DNA of 64,000 nucleotides from an uncultured Desulfobacter sp. GTDB taxonomy: Bacteria > Desulfobacterota > Desulfobacteria > Desulfobacterales > Desulfobacteraceae. The stretch is taken from assembly GCA_963665095.1 (NCBI GenBank), contig OY762069.1:4128001-4192000 (forward strand), given 5' to 3'. The notes under the pieces were generated by a model. It was not told where the DNA came from. It did not search any database and saw only the letters and a list, made by a program, of their open reading frames with translations. Below are positions 9,265-19,005 of this stretch, piece by piece. The position numbers were made by a program, and so were the translations under genes. Each line of letters opens with the position of its first letter. Position 1 is the stretch's first letter.

Positions 9265-10427
9265 CTGGCCTCCTGAATTATCACTGCGGCATTAATGCCG
9301 CCAAACCCTGAATTGCTCGTCATTACAGGGCCTTTAAGAAATGGGCGGTTGCCGGGGCTGAATAGGGGGGCAGCCCCCTGATCCGGATTGACCAGGCCTT
9401 TGGTGCCCGGTACTATTTTCTTTTCCAGGTATTTGACGCAAAGCGCCGCCTCAATGGCCCCTGATGCCCCTAATGAATGGCCGACACTTCCTTTAATGGA
9501 ATGTGCCATGGTTGATTCAGGGTCAAACAGATCCCGGATGGCTGTCAGCTCCATGGCATCGTTGTAAACCGTGCCTGTGCCGTGGGCACAGATGACGTTC
9601 ATATCGGCAGGGGTGATACCCGCACCTTTGCACGCCATCATGATGGCGGTTTTCAGACCGGACGCGGCCCTGTCCGGTGCGGTTAAATGGACTGCATCTG
9701 CAGCAATCCCCCAGCCCATCAGTTCGGCAAGGATCGGGGATGCACCGGATTCCGCTTTTTTACGGTTTGTGAGCACCAGCACCGCGCCCCCTTCGCCCAG
9801 GGTCAGGCCTTTGCGATCCCGGTCAAAGGGCATGGCCGGCCCCGGTCCCATGGCACCGATCACGGAAAAACCGGAAAAAACATACTCTGTCACCAGATCA
9901 AGGGCTACTACAATCACTGTATGCTCCCTGCCCCGGCGAATCAGGTCGGAGGCCTTTGCAAGGGCAATGGCGGAAGAGGCGCAGGCCGCACTGATATTAA
10001 ATCCGGGCCGGTGAAGTCCCAAGTCCCTGGAAAGGCGTGCCGGCAGGTCCGAGACCGGCAGCCCCGGGTATGCACCGCCCCTGAAATCAGGGGAGGGGGG
10101 CAGGTCTTTGATGAGGTCTATTCCCCCTTTGGTGGAAGCGGTGATCAAAAGACTGTCCGGATCCGGGGTGGGCAGATCCCGGATGAGATCAGAGGCCAGG
10201 TCCAGGATCGCTGTCTTGCTTAAGCCGGTATCCGCATGGTCCAGCCCCGGTATAATGCCGGCAAGGGAGCTGACATAGGATGAGGTGTCAAACCGGGTCA
10301 CCGTGGAAAACCCTTCTCTTGCATCAAGCAGCCCCTGGTAAAGGGCATCAAGTCCATGGCCCAGGGGGGTGATGGTCTGGGCATGGGTAATATACACCGG
10401 GGTCCTCACAACGTTCCGGCCTTCCAC
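9261..10427 (-). CDS. Beta-ketoacyl-ACP synthase
   Basis: Catalytic triad motifs SAACASS, AHGTGT, KGSVGHSLG; NSGFGGIN. Confidence 0.9.
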   Translation of the reverse strand: MEGRNVVRTPVYITHAQTITPLGHGLDALYQGLLDAREGFSTVTRFDTSSYVSSLAGIIPGLDHADTGLSKTAILDLASDLIRDLPTPDPDSLLITASTKGGIDLIKDLPPSPDFRGGAYPGLPVSDLPARLSRDLGLHRPGFNISAACASSAIALAKASDLIRRGREHTVIVVALDLVTEYVFSGFSVIGAMGPGPAMPFDRDRKGLTLGEGGAVLVLTNRKKAESGASPILAELMGWGIAADAVHLTAPDRAASGLKTAIMMACKGAGITPADMNVICAHGTGTVYNDAMELTAIRDLFDPESTMAHSIKGSVGHSLGASGAIEAALCVKYLEKKIVPGTKGLVNPDQGAAPLFSPGNRPFLKGPVMTSNSGFGGINAAVIIQEAR

Positions 10428-10864
10428 CTGGCACAGAACGCTTTGAGAAAATCCGGTTGGGTTAAATACAGTTCATAGTCTGTGTTGAGCATCATCTGAA
10501 CAATATATCCTGTGGCTGCCTCCCGGCCCTGGTCATCCCGGATGATATATTCGCTGTTGAGTCTGGCAGCATCTGAATAGTGAAACAGGCACTCAATGGA
10601 GAATTCATCCTTGAATCTTAAGGGACGGATAAAATCCACATGCACGGTTTTTACCGGTGCCAGAATTCCGTGGTTGTAGAAATCCATATAACCGACATTA
10701 TACCGGTCCCCCAGCATCACCCTGGCATCTTCAAAAAAACTTGTATAATGGCCATGCCAGGTGATGGTCATCATATCAACTTCCTGGAATTTTATTTGCC
10801 GGGTCACCGTTTCCCTGAGCGGGGGGGGTGCATCCGGCACTGTTTTAAAATATTTTTTCCTCAT
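10406..10864 (-). CDS. Acyl-CoA/acyl-ACP thioesterase (hotdog, 4HBT family)
   Basis: FQEVDMMTITWHGHYTSFFEDAR motif. Confidence 0.85.
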   Translation of the reverse strand: MRKKYFKTVPDAPPPLRETVTRQIKFQEVDMMTITWHGHYTSFFEDARVMLGDRYNVGYMDFYNHGILAPVKTVHVDFIRPLRFKDEFSIECLFHYSDAARLNSEYIIRDDQGREAATGYIVQMMLNTDYELYLTQPDFLKAFCARWKAGTL

Positions 10865-10902
10865 GGCATCTACCTAAATTACTTCTTAGCACAAGTTTGC
10901 GT

Positions 10903-11703
10903 TCAACTGTTATTGTCCATGACAGCCAGTTCCTGCGCCATCATCTGTTTTACTTTTTTTTTCATTTCCAGGTGCCTCATTTCGCCGGAAAACGCCTTGG
11001 GAAAAACCGGGTCCAGTGCTTTCATTCTGATCCGGGCAGGCTTCATATAGTGACGCTTTGGCGGCAGCAGCATTTCGGTGCCGGTAATGCAGACTGGTAT
11101 AACAGGGGCATTCGTTTCCACAGCCAGCTTGAATGCGCCTGAATAATACCGGGTCAGTTGTTTGTCACGGCTTCTATGGCCCTCTGGAAAAAAAAGGACA
11201 AAACCGCCCCGTCCAAGGGTTTCCTCGGCTACTTCTAAACTTTTTTGCCAGGGGAATTTTTCAATATTCAGATAGTGGGCAAGTCCCATGAAAAAATTGT
11301 AAACCGGGATTCTGAACGGCCAGTCTCTGACAGCAAAGCAGACATCGCACACCGGTAACATATTCATGCAGTAGGTGTCAAAAAAAGAGCGGTGATTCAC
11401 AACAATAATACCGGGCACGGCAAACTGGGCGGCTTTGTAATCAAACGGTTCAAACCGGACAAAAAAGCGGGTAAAAAACTGCCATACATGGCCGTAGGTC
11501 CAGATGGCCCATCGGGTGGTCCACTGGGCACTTCTGCCCTTTGCCAGTTTAAAATAGAGTACGGAAAAGGGAAAAAGGAGCATCCCGGTAACTGTCCATA
11601 TGACCATGACTGTTCCGAGGAACAGGTTCATCAGTATGAGAAGAACCGGGCCTGTTTTGCTGTGCTGCAGCTTCCGGGTATAATGGTTATACAGCGACAG
11701 CAT
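10903..11703 (-). CDS. Lysophospholipid/glycerol-phosphate acyltransferase (PlsC family)
   Basis: NHRSFFD (HX4D) and FFPEGHRS motifs; N-terminal hydrophobic segment. Confidence 0.88.
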   Translation of the reverse strand: MLSLYNHYTRKLQHSKTGPVLLILMNLFLGTVMVIWTVTGMLLFPFSVLYFKLAKGRSAQWTTRWAIWTYGHVWQFFTRFFVRFEPFDYKAAQFAVPGIIVVNHRSFFDTYCMNMLPVCDVCFAVRDWPFRIPVYNFFMGLAHYLNIEKFPWQKSLEVAEETLGRGGFVLFFPEGHRSRDKQLTRYYSGAFKLAVETNAPVIPVCITGTEMLLPPKRHYMKPARIRMKALDPVFPKAFSGEMRHLEMKKKVKQMMAQELAVMDNNS

Positions 11704-12947
11704 CAGAATTTTCCTTCAAAATTTACGATCAGGGAGGCATTGGTTCCGCCGAAACCAAAGGAGTTGGACAGCGCGTTTTTTATCCGGCACTGCCTGGCCT
11801 CAGGTATTACATGGATGGGGGGGCAGGTGTCGTCCAGGGCCTGAAAGTTGATATTCGGCGCCAGAAATCCGTTCTGGGCCATGAGCGCGGTATAGATCAC
11901 TTCACTGGCCCCGGACATCCAGCATTCATGTCCGGTCATGGATTTGGTGGAGGAGACAGGGGTTTTCCCGCCGAAAAGTTCGTGGATGGCAGTGGCCTCC
12001 GCCAGATCCCCGGCCGGGGTGGAGGTGGCATGGGCATTGATATAGTCAATGTCATCCGGATTCATGCCGGCATCCTGCAATGCCTGGGTCATCGCGGTCA
12101 TGGAGCCTTTGCTGTCAGGGTTGGACAGGGTTTTGCCTATGCCGGAAGAAAAGCCATACCCCTCTATGGTGCCGTAAATGCGTGCGCCCCGCGCCCTGGC
12201 ATGGTCAAGGGATTCAAGGATCAGGCAGGCCCCGCCCCCGCCGGGTACCAGTCCGTCCCGGTCCCGGTCAAAGGGCCTGGATGCCTGTTCCGGCTGGTCA
12301 AACCGGCAGGAGAAGACATTGAGAGCATCAAAACTGGCCATGGATGTCCAGTGGATCTCCTGGGCGCCCCCTGCAATGACAATGTCCTGGAGTCCGCTTC
12401 GAATCAGCATCATGGCCTGACCCAGCACATGGGCCCCGCTGGCACAGGCCGCACTCAGGGTCCAGTTGGCCCCCCGGGTGCCCAGAAGTCCGGCCAGGTT
12501 CATGGTGATGGTGGAGTTCATGCTCCGGAAAATGTAGCCGGATCCGATATAGTGGGTCTCCCCGTGCTCCCTGGCAATGTCAATGGACTCCACATCCGCT
12601 TTGATGGTGCTGTCGTTGCCAAAGATGACGCCGCACCTGGGGGTTTGAATGTCGGCCGCGTCAAGGCCGGAGTCCTTGAGCGCCTTCTGGGCGGAGACCG
12701 CAGCGTACAGGGCCGGTTCACACATGGTCCGTAAATTTTTCCGGCTCAATCCCTCCTCTTTGGGGGATATTTCCGGCAGCCTGGCGGTGAGAGGGGATCT
12801 AAACCCTAAACCTTTGCGCTTCCTGTCAAACACAATACCGGACTGGCCCCGCTCAAGGGCGGCGGCCACCGTATCAAGATCTTTGCCAAGGCAGCAGACA
12901 ATGCCCATGCCCGTAATAGCGACTTTCCGCAGTGATGATAACGCCAA
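11703..12947 (-). CDS. Beta-ketoacyl-ACP synthase (FabB/F-like)
   Basis: SAACASG, SRPFDRDRDG, INAHATST, KSMTGHECW, NSFGFGGTN. Confidence 0.92.
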   Translation of the reverse strand: MALSSLRKVAITGMGIVCCLGKDLDTVAAALERGQSGIVFDRKRKGLGFRSPLTARLPEISPKEEGLSRKNLRTMCEPALYAAVSAQKALKDSGLDAADIQTPRCGVIFGNDSTIKADVESIDIAREHGETHYIGSGYIFRSMNSTITMNLAGLLGTRGANWTLSAACASGAHVLGQAMMLIRSGLQDIVIAGGAQEIHWTSMASFDALNVFSCRFDQPEQASRPFDRDRDGLVPGGGGACLILESLDHARARGARIYGTIEGYGFSSGIGKTLSNPDSKGSMTAMTQALQDAGMNPDDIDYINAHATSTPAGDLAEATAIHELFGGKTPVSSTKSMTGHECWMSGASEVIYTALMAQNGFLAPNINFQALDDTCPPIHVIPEARQCRIKNALSNSFGFGGTNASLIVNFEGKF

Positions 12948-12955
12948 AATCTCTC

Positions 12956-13702
12956 CTAACAGATGCCGCCGTTAATGCCGATAACCTGGCCTGTGATGTA
13001 GCCCGCTTCAGGGGAACACAGAAAGCTGACCGTGGCTGCCACCTCATCGGCAGTGCCCAGCCGGCCCATGGGAATGGCCTTGGTGATCTGGTCCAGAGGC
13101 AGCCCGTCCACCATCTCAGTTTCAATAAACCCGGGCGCCACGGCATTCACCGTGATCTTCCTTTTGGCGATCTCCTTGGCCAGGGCCATGGTGGCCCCGA
13201 TGAGCCCTGCTTTGGAGGCTGAATAATTCACCTGTCCGGGCTGGCCCACCTGGCCGGAAGTGGAGGTGACATTGATAATTCTGCCCTTGCGTTTGGAGAG
13301 CATTTTTTTCACCACGGGCTTGGTCACATTAAAGAACCCGGTAAGGTTGGTATCCAGCACCCGCTGCCAGTTGTCCGCCTTCATCCAGACCATGAGCATG
13401 TCATCCCGGATACCGGCATTGTTCACCAGAATATCAATCACGCCCTTCTGGTCATAAATCGTGTCCAATGCGCTATGTGCTGCTGCTTCATCTGTTACAT
13501 CAAAGGGAAGCAGGGCGCCGTCCCCTCCGGCCTCTTTAACCAGCCCCAGGGTTTTTTCCGCTTCCTGGGTATTGGACCTGAAATTGATATAGACAAATCT
13601 GCCTGCCCTGGCCAGACTCACGGCAATGGCCCGGCCGATACCGCGGCCTGCGCCGGTCACCAGCGCAACTTCCTGCAAAATTTCCTGAGTATCTGAATCC
13701 AT
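12956..13702 (-). CDS. fabG: 3-oxoacyl-ACP reductase
   Basis: TGAGRGIG, NNAGIRDD, NYSASKAG, VAPGFIET SDR motifs. Confidence 0.92.
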   Translation of the reverse strand: MDSDTQEILQEVALVTGAGRGIGRAIAVSLARAGRFVYINFRSNTQEAEKTLGLVKEAGGDGALLPFDVTDEAAAHSALDTIYDQKGVIDILVNNAGIRDDMLMVWMKADNWQRVLDTNLTGFFNVTKPVVKKMLSKRKGRIINVTSTSGQVGQPGQVNYSASKAGLIGATMALAKEIAKRKITVNAVAPGFIETEMVDGLPLDQITKAIPMGRLGTADEVAATVSFLCSPEAGYITGQVIGINGGIC

Positions 13703-13711
13703 TGTTACTCC

Positions 13712-14929
13712 TTAAGAGAATTTTTTTAAAATCAGGGTAGCATTAATCCCGCCAAATGCAAAATTACTGGTCATGACCAGGTTGAGCTCTTTATTCACAG
13801 GTTCCTGGACATGGATGATTCCCTTACACTCGTCTGCCACAGAAGTTAGATTTTTTGTGGGAATCAGGGTGTTATGTTCCATCATTTTAAGACAGAAAAT
13901 CGTCTCCATCACCCCGGATGCCGCCAGCGTGTGTCCGGTAAATCCTTTGGTGGCGCTGACCGGTATTTCATGCCGGCCCAGCATGGCAATGGCCCTTGCC
14001 TCAGCCGCATCCCCAAGCTGTGTACCCGTGGCATGGGCATTGATATAGTCGATCTGCTCAAGGCGGCACCCGGCACAGGCCATGGCGCCTTTCATGCAGG
14101 CCAGCATGCCTTTGTCCTGGGGGCTGGTCATGTGGGAACCGTCACAGCAGGTATGGAACCCGGTAACTTCGGCAAGCACCCTGGCACCCCGGGCCAGGGC
14201 ATGGTCCAGGTTTTCCAGGATGACCGCACCGGCGCCTTCCGCCACCACCAGCCCGTCCCGGTCCCGGTCAAAGGGGCGGGGCGTTTTTTCAGCCGATTCC
14301 TGCCTGGAGGCGGCATTCAGCACGTCAAATACCCCTGCCGTGGAGAGGTGAAGCTCATCAGCACCACCACAGATCATCACCTCCTGCAGGCCGCTTCGCA
14401 CTGCTTCAAAGCCCATGCCAATGGCCTGGGTGGAGGTGGCACAGGCCGCGCAGGGCGAGATTACCCGGCCGCTGGTTCCCAGCATGGCGCCGAGGTTGGC
14501 GGCCACCGAGTGGTTCATGACCTTCATGAATGCCGTGCCCTCCAGCCTTGAGATGCCGCCGGTTTCGGACAGGTCATCAAACAGCCCCTGAAGCACCCCA
14601 CCGGACCCGGTGGTGGAGCCCATGGAGACGCCGGTAGTGCCGGAACAGATATCCTCTTTGGCAAGCCCTGCCTGGTCCAGTGCATCCAGGGTGCACAGCC
14701 CTGCCATGATGGTCATGGGTCCCATGGTCCGCCGGTCTTTGCGGAGGATCCGTTTGATATTATATCCCTGGCATTTTCCGGCCAGCCTGACTTTCAGATC
14801 CCTGACCTCTTTCCATTCCGGCATGGGAACAATGCCTGAACGGCTGTGGGTCAACGCCTGCCAGACCTCCTTTTCACTGTTGCCGATGGGAGATATGATC
14901 CCAAGTCCTGTGATTGCAACCCGGTTCAT
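13712..14929 (-). CDS. Beta-ketoacyl-ACP synthase
   Basis: AACATS, RPFDRDRDGLV, INAHATGT, KGFTGHTL, NFAFGGIN. Confidence 0.92.
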   Translation of the reverse strand: MNRVAITGLGIISPIGNSEKEVWQALTHSRSGIVPMPEWKEVRDLKVRLAGKCQGYNIKRILRKDRRTMGPMTIMAGLCTLDALDQAGLAKEDICSGTTGVSMGSTTGSGGVLQGLFDDLSETGGISRLEGTAFMKVMNHSVAANLGAMLGTSGRVISPCAACATSTQAIGMGFEAVRSGLQEVMICGGADELHLSTAGVFDVLNAASRQESAEKTPRPFDRDRDGLVVAEGAGAVILENLDHALARGARVLAEVTGFHTCCDGSHMTSPQDKGMLACMKGAMACAGCRLEQIDYINAHATGTQLGDAAEARAIAMLGRHEIPVSATKGFTGHTLAASGVMETIFCLKMMEHNTLIPTKNLTSVADECKGIIHVQEPVNKELNLVMTSNFAFGGINATLILKKFS

Positions 14930-16515
14930 GGATTATCCCTGTTCTGTTGTTCTGATTTTTTATTTGTCATATCGTTCGTATTGCGAATGTTTTCCATCAG
15001 CTCCCCCTCCCGAAAGAACCCTTTACACAGACTGGCACTGATTGAAATGCCCCCGTGAATACCACAGAACCCGATGCTTTGTCCTGTCAAAAACAGGCCC
15101 TTCACCCGGGTGGCCGGGCTGAAAGAGGCTGCAAGAAAGGTCTGGGCGGTTTTTTTTATTCCGTAGGCAGAGCCCTCGGGCGTCAGGGTATACCTCTCAA
15201 ATGTGGCCGGGGAATAGGTATCCACAATGCGGGCATGCTCACTGGTGCCGGGAAACTCCTGCTCCAGCCGCTTCATGACCCTTTCTGCCATAATTTTTTT
15301 ATTTTTTTTGTAAAGGTCCCGGCCTTTTTGTTCATACCCCTGAAGAAGCCATTCCCCGGTCTTTCCTGTAACAGGAATCAGGGCGGTGACCGCCAGTGTC
15401 TCTTTCTTTGACAGATCACATCTTTGTCCCGATGCTTCCTGGTCAAAGCAGGTGTCTGAGCCGGGCAAGGCGCTCAGGAATATCACTTCCGGCGAGTCCT
15501 GGGGGGACTGGTTCTGAAAATAGGGTGCATTTACATCCCAGGAGTTATAAATATAGGCGTCATTATCCGCCACCGGGCAATGGGATTTGTTCCAGGCCAG
15601 GCAGACCCCGAAAATTCCCTGGGTGTTTTCGGCCGTGGTAAGACGGTTTTCAAAAAAGGGCCTGAAGGTTTTGGGCGGGCAGTATCCGGGCAGTCGCGCG
15701 GGATGGCCGGTATATATCACCTGGCCGGCCGTTAAAATCTGTCCCCCTTCAAGTACCACACCTTTAACGGCTCTGTCTTCAATAACAATCCGGGTCATTT
15801 TTGCCCGGGTTTTTATCCTGCCTCCCAGCTCTTTAAAACGGCTGCACAGGGCATCTGAAAACAGGGTGGCCTGTTCATTAATCCTGAAACTGGATTTTAA
15901 ATAGGCATCGGATATGAGAAAATGGGTCAGCACAGGGCTCTGGCTGCTGGGCAGGCCAAACAGAACGTTGTTGGCGGACAGAATGCTTTTCAGCCGGTCA
16001 CTGATGCCGATCTGGGCAAAGTAGTCATCCAGGGCCCCGAGGAACTGGGTGGATAGATCCGGCCCCTTCTCGCATCCGGGATTATAGAGTTCAATATGCC
16101 GGGTTACGGCGGCCATATCTTTAAAATATCGGTCAATGGCCGGGATGTCATCCGGGAACATGGATGACAGCGTTTCCCTGTATCCCGCATGGCTTTGGGG
16201 GACTTTCACGGTGCAGTCGGGAAAGTAATAGGTTTCAAACCCGTCCCGGGCCATGGGTACCAGTTCCAGGCGGTCCAGAAGTCCCAGATAGTTAAAGTAA
16301 TGCCACAGGGGTTCTTTTGGGTTGAGCGCGCCTAACCTGTGAACGCCGGTGGGAAATACCAGGCCCTCCCGCTGGAATGTCTGGGTCAGTCCGCCCGGGA
16401 CAAAATGCTGCTCAATGACCAGCACCTTTTGGCCCTGCATTGACAGAATGATACCGGCGGTCATACCGGAGATTCCGGAGCCGACAATGATGGTGTCAAG
16501 CTGTTCCGCTGTCAT
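14926..16515 (-). CDS. FAD-dependent oxidoreductase, phytoene desaturase/retinol saturase family
   Basis: IIVGSGISG dinucleotide-binding motif, EQH..PGG, SPATFERYT...GSAYG, GLFLTGQ. Confidence 0.85.
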   Translation of the reverse strand: MTAEQLDTIIVGSGISGMTAGIILSMQGQKVLVIEQHFVPGGLTQTFQREGLVFPTGVHRLGALNPKEPLWHYFNYLGLLDRLELVPMARDGFETYYFPDCTVKVPQSHAGYRETLSSMFPDDIPAIDRYFKDMAAVTRHIELYNPGCEKGPDLSTQFLGALDDYFAQIGISDRLKSILSANNVLFGLPSSQSPVLTHFLISDAYLKSSFRINEQATLFSDALCSRFKELGGRIKTRAKMTRIVIEDRAVKGVVLEGGQILTAGQVIYTGHPARLPGYCPPKTFRPFFENRLTTAENTQGIFGVCLAWNKSHCPVADNDAYIYNSWDVNAPYFQNQSPQDSPEVIFLSALPGSDTCFDQEASGQRCDLSKKETLAVTALIPVTGKTGEWLLQGYEQKGRDLYKKNKKIMAERVMKRLEQEFPGTSEHARIVDTYSPATFERYTLTPEGSAYGIKKTAQTFLAASFSPATRVKGLFLTGQSIGFCGIHGGISISASLCKGFFREGELMENIRNTNDMTNKKSEQQNRDNP

Positions 16516-18986
16516 TCATTCTCCCTGTGTCTGTTTTTCTGCTCAAAATGGGGCAATTTGTTTGCACCCTTCAATATCCAGTGTTCCGTTAGAAACGGGA
16601 TGATCACCAAGGCCATGAAAAGGCTGACGGTCATTCCGGTCAGGCCGGCCACGCCAATGGAAAACAAGGCCTTGTGCCGTGCAAAGCACAGGCTGGCAAA
16701 GGCACCGATGGTTGTCATGGCGCAGATCAGCACGGCACCCGGCGTAATCTGCTGATCGTCTTTTCTGTTTGACAGCCCATTGTGAACCAGGAAGATGGAA
16801 AAATCCACCCCCACACCAAATACAAAAATGATAAACACAATGCTGATCAGGTTGACACTGATGCCGCAAAGCCCGAGAAGTCCGGCCGTAACAACGGCGC
16901 TTAACATCACCGGAATAAGCGTGGTGATGACGGTTTTAAGGTGTCGCTGGCAAAAGGTCAGTACAATAATAATGGACAGGGCGGCCCAGATCAGGAACTC
17001 TTTGAATTCATCCGCCACCCTAACTGAAATTTTTTCAATGAGATAGGGTTTGTTGATCACCAGGGTACCGGGAAGCTGCGTTTTGATTTTGCAGGTCACC
17101 GCTGGGATCAAGGCATTATCCCGGATCATGGCATTGGTCAGAATCAGGGTGCCTTTGGCGGTGATGATCAGCTTTGATTTTATAAGTGGATAGATTACTG
17201 TGGGCTTGAAATCGTCCATGGTTAACGCGGCCGGTGCTGCACCGCCGGAGATATTTTCAAGCTCCCTGGTAAACGGGGAAAACGCCTCCCGGGTGAATCC
17301 ATTGGCCAGGCAGGCCTGTTCAAGATCGGATTTCAGTGCGGCAACCCGCTGGGGGGTAAAAATTTGGGTCAGGGTGGCCAGCCGTTTTCCCTGGGCCTGT
17401 TTTGACGGCAGGATGGTGGACAGGGAGGCGATATTGGTGACCTCTCCCTCTTGTTCCAGATGCTGCAGCAGGCTGAAAAGCTGATCGTTTTTCTGCAGGG
17501 CCGTTTCCGTATCCTTTGCCTGAACCATGAAAATCGTGGCTGCGGTCTGTCCCCAGGTGGCAAGAAAATGGTCCATCTCTTTCTGGGCGTCAGGGGTAAG
17601 ATGGTTCAGGGCATTCACATCTCCGTTAAAGCTGAATCTGCCAAGACCTGTGATGCCGGCAATGGCCAGGAACAGGCAGCCGCAGATGAATATCCAGGTA
17701 TGTTTTTTTCTGACATTCATCAGCGCACTGCTGACATTCACCAGGGATATCATGGGTTTTGCAGGGGTCCAGGGCCTTACACAGATAAAAGCGGGAAGCA
17801 GGGTCAGGGCAAAGGCTGCCGCACCGGCAATGCCGATAATGGAGATCCATCCCATCTGTCTTTGGCCGGGCAGGGATGAGAACACAAGGCAGCCGAATGC
17901 CGCCATGGTGGTGGCCGCACCTGTGAGGATGGGGGTTTTTAGCTTTTTGATGATTTCAGTCACATGGGCCGTGCCTTGGGTGTCTGCATGGAAAAGAATA
18001 TGGATGCCGAAGTCAACCGTGATGCCAACTAACAGCGCCCCGCATCCAAGGGCAATGGCGGACACCGTGTGCGTTGACAAGGCCGCCACAGCCCCTGCAA
18101 AGGCGAGGCTCACTGTGGTGGGGACAAAGATCAAGAGCACATGGTAGAAACGGCTGAAAAATAAAGCGCCCATCACCAGAATGCCGATGCTTAAAACCAG
18201 GATGGTTCGTTTGATATCCGACTTGATGGTGGATGCATTGTCCAGGGTGGCCCGGTGAACACCGGAAAAACCAATGTGTATTCCCGTGCCCAGCTCTTTG
18301 GCTATCGTCTTTCTTACCTGGTCAAGAAAGGTGAACATCTTTTGGGAGGCAACCGTGTCCACGGCCGGGGTGGCCGGAGTGGCCACCATGAGCAGGCTGG
18401 TTCCCTCTTTGTTGATGATCCGCGACTGGCCGGCCTGGGCACCTGGCATCTCGGACTGGAAGGCCGACAGTTTTTTTAAAATGATATAATCCAGCCCAAA
18501 GGGATCCCGGGGTTTGTTTTTTGCCGAAAAGGCGCTGGAGGGACTGAGCAGTTCCCGTTTGATATCAACTATCCGGCGGCCTATATTCTCTGCAGCAGTC
18601 AGTTGCTCTACCTGTATCAGGTCGTCTGTATCCAGAAGCCGGTATTTTTTTTGACTGACAAGGTCCATCAGCTCAAGGACCCCCTGACGGGAGAACTGGT
18701 ACAGGATATCATCAAAAAACGGGGCATCCTTGATGGCTTTGAAACAGGCATCCCCGGCCTTTTCAAGAAGCTTTGGATCAGGCGTGTCTGTATCAATCTG
18801 AATGTACAGTGCTTCTGCCGCCGGCACCTCCGTGATGAAATTTTTAAAATCAACCACTTCCGGATCTGAGTCCGGCAAAAGGGCCGTGACCTGTTCATCC
18901 ACATCCAGTTTCAGGGCCATAAACATGCAGACCAGGTAAAACACCAGGGTGAGGAGGATTGAGGATTTCGAAGATAGTTTCAGCAT
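16512..18986 (-). CDS. MMPL/RND-family lipid exporter
   Basis: Two TM bundles with GITVDFGIH and GVGVDFSIF; start taken at ATG 18986 (MLKLSS) to avoid overlap with the upstream KS. Confidence 0.85.
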   Translation of the reverse strand: MLKLSSKSSILLTLVFYLVCMFMALKLDVDEQVTALLPDSDPEVVDFKNFITEVPAAEALYIQIDTDTPDPKLLEKAGDACFKAIKDAPFFDDILYQFSRQGVLELMDLVSQKKYRLLDTDDLIQVEQLTAAENIGRRIVDIKRELLSPSSAFSAKNKPRDPFGLDYIILKKLSAFQSEMPGAQAGQSRIINKEGTSLLMVATPATPAVDTVASQKMFTFLDQVRKTIAKELGTGIHIGFSGVHRATLDNASTIKSDIKRTILVLSIGILVMGALFFSRFYHVLLIFVPTTVSLAFAGAVAALSTHTVSAIALGCGALLVGITVDFGIHILFHADTQGTAHVTEIIKKLKTPILTGAATTMAAFGCLVFSSLPGQRQMGWISIIGIAGAAAFALTLLPAFICVRPWTPAKPMISLVNVSSALMNVRKKHTWIFICGCLFLAIAGITGLGRFSFNGDVNALNHLTPDAQKEMDHFLATWGQTAATIFMVQAKDTETALQKNDQLFSLLQHLEQEGEVTNIASLSTILPSKQAQGKRLATLTQIFTPQRVAALKSDLEQACLANGFTREAFSPFTRELENISGGAAPAALTMDDFKPTVIYPLIKSKLIITAKGTLILTNAMIRDNALIPAVTCKIKTQLPGTLVINKPYLIEKISVRVADEFKEFLIWAALSIIIVLTFCQRHLKTVITTLIPVMLSAVVTAGLLGLCGISVNLISIVFIIFVFGVGVDFSIFLVHNGLSNRKDDQQITPGAVLICAMTTIGAFASLCFARHKALFSIGVAGLTGMTVSLFMALVIIPFLTEHWILKGANKLPHFEQKNRHRENE

Positions 18987-19005
18987 TGCAGCAGTTATAA
19001 AGGCG

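Noticed and set aside
11811..12734. 307-aa plus-strand ORF, and similar long antisense ORFs at 13874, 30229, 38579, 49526, 57574 and 62102
   Set aside because: Each fully overlaps a well-supported gene on the opposite strand; typical codon-bias shadows.
12250..14275. Near-identical stretch (CCAG..CGTCCCGGTCCCGGTCAAAGGG) in two places
   Set aside because: Conserved RPFDRDRDGLV motif of paralogous ketosynthases, not a mobile repeat.
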